Shown here: one piece after another, positions 11,001 to 17,500 of the stretch | Layout of the letters: the number at the start of each line of letters is the position of its first letter | Position numbering within the stretch: position 1 is the first letter of the stretch | Source of the DNA: Candidatus Omnitrophota bacterium | GTDB lineage: Bacteria > Omnitrophota > Gorgyraeia > Zapsychrales > Zapsychraceae | Assembly: GCA_035292445.1 (NCBI GenBank) | Contig: DATDQB010000013.1 | Location: 82,132 to 146,131, forward strand | DNA length: 64,000 nt | Direction of reading: 5' to 3' | Notes under the pieces: generated by a model | The model's database searches: none | What the model saw: only the letters and a program-made list of their open reading frames with translations | What the model was told of the DNA's origin: nothing | Program-made: the position numbers and the translations under genes

Positions 11001-12530
11001 CTGCAATCTCTCTCTGGCCCGGCCGAGCCTTAATATATCGTTGGCAAACTGGGTAAGCTTTTCCCTGGCCTGTCTTCTGACCTGGGCATTCCCTTCACGT
11101 GTGTCTCTTTCGGCTAGCAGGGCGGCGGCTTCGATCCTGGCGGTTAATCCATCGATTTCTTCAAGGTTATAACGGTTCTCTCTTAGACCCCGCCGCTCCT
11201 GTTGTGTTAAAGTATTATCTGCCAACATCGACTGGTCGGAACCAATAGTAGCCATAGCTCCCGTTGCCCTTTGTGCCTCGGCAACACCGTTTATTCCGAC
11301 CTCGTTCAAGGCAACCGTTACGCGCTCTGTTTCTCCGTGGTCAACCACGGCGGCAACAAAATCCGTAACTCTGCCGCGCTGCTCTGGCCTTAAAACCTCC
11401 TGGCTTGCTTTAATACTCTCGAAACTCATCATCGCCCGGTCAATAACGTATCCGCCGGAGAAATATTTGCGCGGGATCACCTCTTGGGTGGCGGGGTCGT
11501 AATCTTCCTTGATATATTCATAAACGCCTGTCTTGAACGCTTCCAGATATTGGCTGTAAATCTTCTCTTTAATGGACTTATCCTCAATATCGATGCCGAC
11601 AATTTTGTTCTGGTCGACATACACTTGGCCCAAGAGGGATTCTTTCAGATTCTCCTTGAACCAGATCGCAAGAAGCAACGAATTCGTGATCTGTCTTAAG
11701 GCGGCAAAGGTCTTGCCTTCATTGACTTCCTTTTCAATTTCGGGGATCAAGACCTCGCGAACGACCTGGGAGCTGACCTCATTAATGGCCTCGACATCTT
11801 TGTTGGCCAGCATGTCGGTGCCGAACTTTTCGCTGCCGATATTCTCCTGTAACGCAACGTAATCCTCTTCCAGCATGACGCGCATGTGGCTTTCGATGAC
11901 ATACGCCGTTCCCTGATGTTCATAAATGGTCGCTTTATCCGGCAGGATCCAAACTTTATTGAAGGTGTTAACAGGAATATCTTTTGTCCCGTACAACTCA
12001 AAAGCCTTCTTGTAAACACGATCCCAGAACTCTTTGCCCAAGTCTTTTTCCGGATAGATCAATGAAGCGGTCAATTGTTTCAAGATATAATCTTGGGCCA
12101 AAAGATCGCGGCCCATCTCCGTTTGGCCGAATTTTTCCGAGATGATCCGGTTCTTTTCATAAGGGGAAAGGTTGACCCACAGCTCATCTTCGGGAACCGT
12201 TAAGGAGGCCATGAAATATTTGATGAGCTTGTTGGCCTCCATGCGTAACTCTTCGCCTTCTATCTTGTCATCACCTGTATTGACCAAAAAATCGAATTGC
12301 AAAGGATTTTCGGGATTAAGCGTTAGACCGATGATCATGGCAGGCGTATAACCCGGGCTCACGGAAACCATTGTTCCGGGTGCGGGAAGATTCAAAATGG
12401 TTTGCGGATTGATCTGGGCGAAACTGGCTTGCGGCGGAAGAATGAGGCTTGAAATAAATGAAGCGGAAATAAGAACCGAAAGGAGCTTTCTTAAAAATGA
12501 ATTTTCGCAGGTATGCAGGTACTTAAACAT
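5097..12530 (-). CDS. Giant multi-module secreted protein, paralog B (2477 aa): signal peptide, conserved N-module, UDP-sugar pyrophosphorylase-like module, phosphohexomutase module, unknown module, two CheY-like receiver domains, conserved C-module.
   Basis: A 7.4 kb uninterrupted ORF. The N-terminus MFKYLHTCENSFLRKLLSVLISASFISSLILPPQASFAQ looks like a signal peptide. UDPGP-like motifs: NPMDGGLGTSVKRKDY and ITTTKTPLDKKGGQL. Alpha-D-phosphohexomutase motifs: IVFGTAGIRG and SASHNPSQYNGYK. Two REC domains: EILLVEDNAG...ILTDLNMP...VILMSGD and RRVLVVDDEAS...VLSDIVMPDETG...KVQLMSGY. The C-terminus is VGGIDLNPALLDLQIKRDDKGIPLP...GFIPIIINVTPVTNLPLLLG. Confidence 0.85.
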   Translation of the reverse strand: MFKYLHTCENSFLRKLLSVLISASFISSLILPPQASFAQINPQTILNLPAPGTMVSVSPGYTPAMIIGLTLNPENPLQFDFLVNTGDDKIEGEELRMEANKLIKYFMASLTVPEDELWVNLSPYEKNRIISEKFGQTEMGRDLLAQDYILKQLTASLIYPEKDLGKEFWDRVYKKAFELYGTKDIPVNTFNKVWILPDKATIYEHQGTAYVIESHMRVMLEEDYVALQENIGSEKFGTDMLANKDVEAINEVSSQVVREVLIPEIEKEVNEGKTFAALRQITNSLLLAIWFKENLKESLLGQVYVDQNKIVGIDIEDKSIKEKIYSQYLEAFKTGVYEYIKEDYDPATQEVIPRKYFSGGYVIDRAMMSFESIKASQEVLRPEQRGRVTDFVAAVVDHGETERVTVALNEVGINGVAEAQRATGAMATIGSDQSMLADNTLTQQERRGLRENRYNLEEIDGLTARIEAAALLAERDTREGNAQVRRQAREKLTQFANDILRLGRARERLQASAPTDRAMLSLAEFEAFVAPLGLAGFDRSYMAGLYAKYVRSKSSSQQEQSLKIGGNFFPSALLTSDQRKEELGEMGYTTQIADNPAYAQAAAQSIVLANPMDGGLGTSVKRKDYLLRLTGRSQLGAKSMDLFFEVQMQGHDESGQPITVTELVSITELKYIRAIKAAQQGQFANLVIQELVNEESIGPMTHFLGETIYLFDRIDQSIPASQRRTYRQVIEETPGIELGQRMIEQASLPVIDIETGELTTDFTAPGGHGQLGSMALQDALTVDLPTDGQALIRSVYNGDGVNNVPDNYIIGWMVTNKIPIVMITTTKTPLDKKGGQLGRQVLPNGKSAPQILELAQVTDEQKQLFYEMGLTQGEPGGQLFNTNVAVMNYSVLQPFLKDLLEIIGREKFNEIVTPDLIGNSKIKEGRSVKQLEGAMGSALLNLNAFVTTTDDERVRALLEDNKYGFKRLLYMVNVDPQNRTNFFTPTKYAFDHILYAHTGHFSVDAANGVLVNNAAPHLPGFGAMDPYYEDVENAIRALDGTDMTNLDELSIAGRVHLQRAVLEGSVTIASEFKEIVDLNDARYAGIFEKTDDGRLILRNISLKIDQQGEVEIFSPDRAMLVSRNSVVASAKGSIEDYLREQHSEGRITDEIFNKALAETFPNLQAWATNPDIERISPQTQVAILKAIQEERWKDLVEVFRQNIVFGTAGIRGLAALTEDELRELKTYGPGAGILKGPNTINDIVLLRYTAGVINYMKANGFHKVAIGFDSRIAGEQFAEMIAQSFIGQSSEDYPFTVYLFDEASPFPELSFGVTTQAVRADIGILISASHNPSQYNGYKITNNTGAQLPQSMKNEVLKAINATTVADIKLKALEEAGEGRLIWLGGATPVDGKDYKGVDVSRPGNLIDMHTLHAEQVKKFIIDNDVVQKQAGNLRIGFSAFNGSGNKAVPRLLSELGFTDYKVISKLQELDGLFPAFGWGEQPDPGDSISADIAVKEFIAEHGQEAFDQLDVLIGTDPDADRLGLIVKVPESQQQLFGKYRLLSANDLWTLLTWYRLMRKKELGLLENPQQHFVSLSHVTTDAIEEVAALFGVQALGEMLDVTGKENRGDYLSGRRAWVGMTYQAQYAERMRERGLTNEGSQEESNGYSIMGGPVAEGEILADDGHVNDKDGVFAGILALEVAAYAKERGTMIFELLDDIYMQIGHYATANKPLPRVGSFEGAEGITEKIKLLRKAQEWMQEANARAQTDNPWVLSGQRIIGAVEFKSGRYDAQHYEGFPDEGIRFFLDDEALEPGVPFTNSRNHITIRPSGTSQAIRFYTQITSNVTKEGIAEQKSQNFGLAERLALQAQVLLLSATDITKYIPMVETQLEALSSDVSTDSQVADAAMIGDQDFERARKLRATFYGVGVQDVPEVREQLLRFADIMKQYIAADRVLRGQTRGDRGAQKSSIENVYTKVSDIALDAQIQDDELLTTISEATRELESMDIQNVTEANLSVLRRPVELLNIRFIVKAYSEMVKKMGVILAQLGEELPLKEAVIPDSILVEREGVLRAVNERREFYVSHVGGRAFVYPIVFIIDVRQQTHFYYFDRDGNQRSVSGDSAMAAEVFGSADQAMVTGEILLVEDNAGLREDFKEMLEGLGYRVVVAQDGKIALDIIRANPTRFAGILTDLNMPRISGIALTRALADLRVADVNFPNIPVILMSGDFGAGDTASKELYRQAASPGDIKRVISKDEAFGETLRGFIEADFVHGDNAMVTRRVLVVDDEASVGNVARRILERAGYQVTVVSSAAEAREQLSQQEFVLVLSDIVMPDETGFSLADHVVRNHPGIKVQLMSGYYEGAPSAEVAGSSDYLGILAKPFTIVQLKGAVEGAIGPADGAQLAQDQGPVGGIDLNPALLDLQIKRDDKGIPLPMNQQPIQQMHIEGFIPIIINVTPVTNLPLLLGLGGEEEENEFGLNPDVQAKEPEKVSLLN

Positions 12531-12843
12531 AGATAATCTTTATCTAATATTAATATTAATTAAATTTAGAGGTTAATAAAAGTCTATCATAAGAATATAT
12601 AAAATCAAGCTTGGATAGGCCAATAATTTATTATAAGATATTGATATTAAATGAGTTATGTATTGACTAAAAATTTTTGCCTTAAAAACCTAATTGTCCC
12701 CTGAGCTTGCTTCATGGCACTCCGCTATCATTCAAAGCCGATCTTCGATGCACCTGCAATCCTATGCAAAAAGCAAATCATCCTTTACATCAAAAAAAAT
12801 GTCTGGTAATATGAGTCGCCGTTAAGAAAATTTCGTTAATTAA

Positions 12844-12918
12844 CGTCCCTGTAGCTCAGGTTGGATAGAGCATTTGCCTTCTAAGCAAAGGGTCGCACGT
12901 TCGAATCGTGCCAGGGAC
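12844..12918 (+). tRNA. tRNA-Arg (anticodon TCT)
   Basis: Clean cloverleaf: acceptor GTCCCTG/CAGGGAC, D-arm GCTC-AGGTTGGATA-GAGC, anticodon stem TTTGC/GCAAA with loop CTTCTAA (anticodon TCT), T-arm GCACG-TTCGAAT-CGTGC, discriminator A. CCA is not encoded. Confidence 0.85.
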
Positions 12919-12999
12919 ATTCTTTCTTAGTATATGCTATGCCCTGCCCCGACGCGCTATTACATAGCGGTCGGGGTCCCGACCGAGGTGAAACCGAGC

Positions 13000-13074
13000 G
13001 TCGGGATAGCTCAGGTTGGATAGAGCATTTGCCTTCTAAGCAAAGGGTCGCACGTTCGAATCGTCCCGGGGTCA
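13000..13074 (+). pseudogene. Degenerate tRNA-Arg-like copy. Its 57-nt core (D-arm to T-arm) is identical to the upstream tRNA-Arg, but its acceptor-stem strands (GTCGGGA ... CGGGGTC) cannot pair and its T-stem has one mismatch.
   Basis: The core TAGCTCAGGTTGGATAGAGCATTTGCCTTCTAAGCAAAGGGTCGCACGTTCGAATCGT is repeated exactly. The 5' strand GTCGGGA instead pairs with the upstream TCCCGAC to form a separate hairpin. I could not fold a canonical cloverleaf. Confidence 0.5.
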
Positions 13075-13086
13075 TTTTCTTTAACC

Positions 13087-14058
13087 ATGAAGATAAAACC
13101 CATCTATCGATTCTTTATATGGCTCGCCTTCATCGGCCTCGTTATCCTGGCCTTCCTGGCCTATTACTTCCAGAACCATGAAAAAGACCTCTTCCTTGCC
13201 GCCCTGCGGTCTTCTCTCGACCAAGGCATCAGCGCTTCCGATGTCGATTATGATTTCCCCTTCGGGTTCAGCTTGGATGACTTCCAGATCGAAGGCGTCG
13301 TTCAGGCAAAAAAATTAAGCGCCCAGCTTGACCCGCGTTCTTTCATAGAAAAAAAGATCATCCTTAGCCAGATGACCCTTCACCAGCCTATTATCACCTG
13401 GCGTAAAGAAAAAAAGGCGGCCGCTATCGCGGAAAATCAAAATGTTTCCAACGGGCCTTCGGTTGGCACCCCGAAAACGATCCCCCAGGAGGCATCAAAA
13501 CTTATTATCAAGCAGCTGCGCATAAAAAACGGCCGTTTCCATTTTGCCGATGAATCGGCCATCCCGGCCCTTTCCTTTAAGCTGGATAATCTCCAGATGA
13601 AAATCGAAGACCTTATTTTTCCGCTGTCTCCAACGGCAACCACCTTTCAATTGAAAGCCAATCTGATCAAAGAAAACGCCCCGGTTTCGGGCAGCGTTGT
13701 GCAAAGTAACGGCTGGATCGATCTGGCCAAAAAAGACCTGGATGGAACTCTTCTTATCATTGAATCGGACGGTAAGACCGGCTTAAGCGCCCATGCGATC
13801 TCAAAAAACAACGATTTAAACGTCGAAGGCAAGATCAAGGCGCAAAACTTGTTCAAACAGTCCGGCGAAAATCCATTGGAGACGACTGTGGATAATATCG
13901 TCCTTAACACCTTATCGAATATGGGCATCGAGATCGGTGCAAGTTTTTCCTTTAATACCAAACTCGATGATTTTCGCATCGAACAGATCTCTTTCTCAGG
14001 AAGCGTCTCCACTCATGAGGTTCCCGCAACCGAGCCGATGAATCCTGTTGCGCCGTAG
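13087..14058 (+). CDS. Membrane protein with an AsmA-family-like N-terminal region (323 aa): one N-terminal TM helix, then a periplasmic beta-rich region.
   Basis: The N-terminus MKIKPIYRFFIWLAFIGLVILAFLAYYF is a single TM helix. The architecture resembles the start of the 1033-aa AsmA-like protein at 31606. The gene is on the opposite strand to the giant genes and sits just after the tRNA-Arg pair. Confidence 0.55.
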   Translation: MKIKPIYRFFIWLAFIGLVILAFLAYYFQNHEKDLFLAALRSSLDQGISASDVDYDFPFGFSLDDFQIEGVVQAKKLSAQLDPRSFIEKKIILSQMTLHQPIITWRKEKKAAAIAENQNVSNGPSVGTPKTIPQEASKLIIKQLRIKNGRFHFADESAIPALSFKLDNLQMKIEDLIFPLSPTATTFQLKANLIKENAPVSGSVVQSNGWIDLAKKDLDGTLLIIESDGKTGLSAHAISKNNDLNVEGKIKAQNLFKQSGENPLETTVDNIVLNTLSNMGIEIGASFSFNTKLDDFRIEQISFSGSVSTHEVPATEPMNPVAP

Positions 14059-14172
14059 GGAATTTGTGATAGAATTCTGAACGTTAGTTGGTGGGTGCCC
14101 TGACTTCTCTTTAAAAAAATTATGGTAGTCAGGACTACCACCATTTTCTCTAAAATTTAAATTGTGGTAAAT

Positions 14173-14250
14173 GGTGGGTGTAGCGCAGCTGGTTAGCGCA
14201 CAAGATTGTGGATCTTGTGGTCGCGGGTTCGAATCCCGTCACCCACCCCA
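14173..14250 (+). tRNA. tRNA-His (anticodon GTG) with genomically encoded G-1 and 3' CCA
   Basis: G-1, then acceptor GTGGGTG/CACCCAC, discriminator C, CCA encoded. D-arm GCGC-AGCTGGTTA-GCGC. Anticodon stem CAAGA/TCTTG with loop TTGTGGA (anticodon GTG). T-arm GCGGG-TTCGAAT-CCCGT with one G-U pair. Confidence 0.85.
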
Positions 14251-14386
14251 TATTAAAAATCCCAAGACACAAGATACAAAAAAACCAAACAATATCCAAA
14301 TTTCAATATTCAATTTCCAAACAGTTTGGTCATTTGAATTTGTAATTTTGTATTTGTTTGTATCTTGTTTCTTGTATCTTGGAAAT

Positions 14387-14423
14387 TAAAAAGGCGGTCT
14401 CCTTACGGAAACCGCCTTTTTTG
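14387..14423. terminator. Bidirectional rho-independent terminator serving tRNA-His (plus strand) and giant gene C (minus strand)
   Basis: AAAAAGGCGGTCTCCTTACGGAAACCGCCTTTTTT: a 6-bp GC stem (GGCGGT/ACCGCC) flanked by an A-run upstream and a T-run downstream. Confidence 0.7.
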
Positions 14424-14588
14424 CATTGCTTCTTAACCTACCGTGGCAGAGTTTTAAGGTGCTGCCCCTTGCCACCTTATTACCCACGGAGAATTTAAGA
14501 AGGTGCCCCACATTCGTTTGCGTCCTTCGTCACTCTTCCTTCGTCCATCGTGACACGATTAACGAAGGACGATAGACGAGGGACGAAC

Positions 14589-17500
14589 TTATCCTTTAAA
14601 TATCGCTATCCTATCCAACACATCCCTCAGCGTGAACTTGCGCATCGAAAGCGCTGGCGCTTTCTCTTCCTCATCCTGTGCCTGCTCGATCGGTTCATCC
14701 GGAATAAAATCTGCGATTCCCAACAGCATCGGCATATTATTGATCGGCGCGATGTTAATGATCACGGGAATAAACCCGTCAATATGAATATTTTGCAGCG
14801 GTTGCATCTCAACCGGCAGCGGAATGCCGCGGCCGTCGCGCTTAATTTGCAGGTTAAGAAGCGCCGGGTTCAAATCAATACCGCCGACCGGCGTTGTTTC
14901 TTGAGCTGTTACAGCTCTATCAATGCCGGCCGATGATGAGACGTCCTCTTCCTCTGAAGGAAAGTTGACAATTAATTGACCTTCCAAAAATTCACGGATA
15001 ATCCTTCTAAATTTAATCTCCCGCACCTTAAAATCTCTTGCCGAGTTTATGTGGGTTGCTCTTGTCAGATCTCCTTTTGAATAAAGATCCGGCGCATCTT
15101 CGCTTAGCGGGGTGCTCAATTCTTTACCATCAAGATAATGGATCAACCGGGCGAGGAGCCCGACGCGATCGCCAAATAATTCTTCATCGCCCATTTCTTC
15201 CAGTAAATCCTCGGCGATCTCCCAAGCTTCCGCAGGCGTCAGCATCGCGCCGTCGCCCTGCTCCGTCATGGCGGCATCGATGCTGACAATTGTATGATCG
15301 ACTTCCACCGGGAAGATCTCGGCTTTCAGTTCATTTCCAACGTTATAAATCTTAATCACCACGGATGTTTGGCCGCCTTCCGTTGCCTGCGTTCCAGTTT
15401 GACCAAAAACCCAATCATTGGCTATGACAGTAAAAATACCAACAACATCGCCTTTTACATCTTGTTCCGTAAAAAATTTTTGCCCATTAAGAATTGCTCC
15501 GGCATCACCATAGCTTTCCCGTATAACACGAAGCTCGGATGCCTCAGCTAACTTAAAATTATAGCGTTCGGAAAGGTCAGGCAATTCTTCTCCAGCAGCG
15601 TTTTTATTCATTTTGGCGTTATAAACCCGAACCCCGGCCACAGCGCCGATATATTTTGCGGCACCGGCAATCGCTAAGTTCATAAATCCTTCGGCCGAAC
15701 CGCCAACGGTTATAACTGTTTTGTGGACACCATAAGAACGCCCTGTTGCGGCCTCATAAAGAGCCGGTGTTAACGTCGCCCTTAACCCATGTGCAACAGT
15801 TCCATCCTGAAGCGTCTTTTGAACAACGCTCACACCTTGTATTCCATATTCTTGCTTAACCTCTTCAATGGCTCGTACAAAAGCAGTTTCTCGTTTACGG
15901 TTCATCACGATAATCTCTTCCTGAACTTGCGAGAGTTCTTGTCTACGAATAGCGGCCAAAAACTTAAGGTACGCCAAAATGCCTTCTTTAGGGTGAGCCG
16001 CATATAATTCAGGATCGTAAAGATGGTATTTTTCCCCACCCACTTCAACAGCGGCTGCCCTTAACGCGTCGGCATCTTCACCCACATTCGTAATAAACTG
16101 ATGAACGTATCCATCGGGGACGTTTCCTAAATCGCGCACACCGCGCCCGACAACAATATCGCTATTGGCTCCCGCCTCATTTTCCGGAGCTTCCTCCAAG
16201 GATCTGTTGCCAGAATTGGTGACAAACTGATTAGTCCCTTCGACCACGTCGATAATGGCATCAAGAATCGGATAATACCGGCCATTTTCGCTTAGGTAGA
16301 ATTCATCGCCACGGTCAATGGCCGCTTTAATGGCTTCGACTTCGTGTTGGATCAAGTTAGGCATAATGACTTCATTGGATTTTAAGCTTTCCGCCACTTC
16401 ATCCCGGCCGAAACCTTCGGAAACACGAACCATCATAATGATACCCAGTTCTTTGATAGTCCGTTCAAAAATCCTTTTGGCGAAACCATCGACCACATCT
16501 GTAATGGCCGTTTGCATTCTTTTTAATTCATCTTTGGCAATGGTTCCTTCTTTCCCCAAAACCATTATTGCTACTTCCGCAAATTCGCCCCTTTGCGTCG
16601 TTTGATGAAGTTGAGTAAATAACAATGCGATCTGCGTCCGCTGCTCAGATGTATCAGAGACACTTTTAACAACATCTAAAATTTTTTGATAAGCACCTCG
16701 TAAACCAAGAGCGGTTAATTTGGCGGCCGTGTGTGTTGTCAATATAACAGGCAACTCATCACGAATGGCGCGTAATCTCGTTGCTTCTTCTTTGTTTGGC
16801 TGTGCCGCCATCGCGGCGTCAAAATCCCTAATCATCTGCCCTAACTGTTCATTATCAATGTTGACCTGGACCATCCGGCCATAAACATCAACACGGGCAA
16901 CGAAGGCCTCAACGCCGATGCGCTCAATTAACGCATCGTACTCATCCATGACACCTAAGCTGGCTGCCTGGATCCTGAAGGAGGCGCGGACGAACTCGTT
17001 CTGCGCCGCTTGTTCGTTAACAAAATCCCCATTAAGGACCGTTAAAGCGGTCTCCTTGGAAGCCCTAGAGAAGGAAGCAGCATAGCGCCAAGGCGCTCCC
17101 ACCCGCTTCGCTTCTTTCACAATGGCATTTAAATTGCGGGCCGCCTGATCAGCGGTCTGCCCCCCTGATAAAAAGACAATCGTGCCTAATTCCGGAGGAA
17201 GACTATCCATATGCACGGCAACAGTCGCTCTAGCCACTTCTTCGGGTGTATCTTTAGGCGCTTTATCACCCGAGGTGACCATGCTCACTTTAATCGCGCT
17301 GCCTTTCAAATCAACCCCTAGGCGGCTGGCGGCTTCCGTATAAACCTTAAGAATACGCCTGTTCGCCTCTGCGCTGGCTTCAATATCATGAGAGCCTTTA
17401 ATCAACACCTCTGGCTCAGGCGTTGGGACCCTTCCTAATAACTGAACATCTAAAACATGTTGGGCCAACATCTCCATATTCGCTTCGATATTACGTTGCG

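Noticed and set aside
13000-13074. Second tRNA-Arg gene
   Set aside because: The core is identical to the upstream tRNA, but the two acceptor-stem strands (GTCGGGA and CGGGGTC) are not complementary and the T-stem has a mismatch. It is reported as a degenerate copy rather than a functional tRNA.
12531-14588. tRNA-flanked segment between genes B and C as an integrated mobile element or genomic island
   Set aside because: No integrase, transposase, excisionase or phage gene is present. The segment holds only two tRNAs, a tRNA remnant and one AsmA-like gene, and the duplicated tRNA piece is the central core rather than the 3' end usually duplicated by integrases. Left as a recombination scar of unknown origin.
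14424-14588. GC-rich inverted repeats (CGTCCTTCG ... CGAAGGACG) just downstream of the gene C stop as its intrinsic terminator
   Set aside because: No U-run follows the hairpin on the minus-strand transcript. The canonical bidirectional terminator at 14387..14423 is a better candidate. The repeats could still be a regulatory hairpin.
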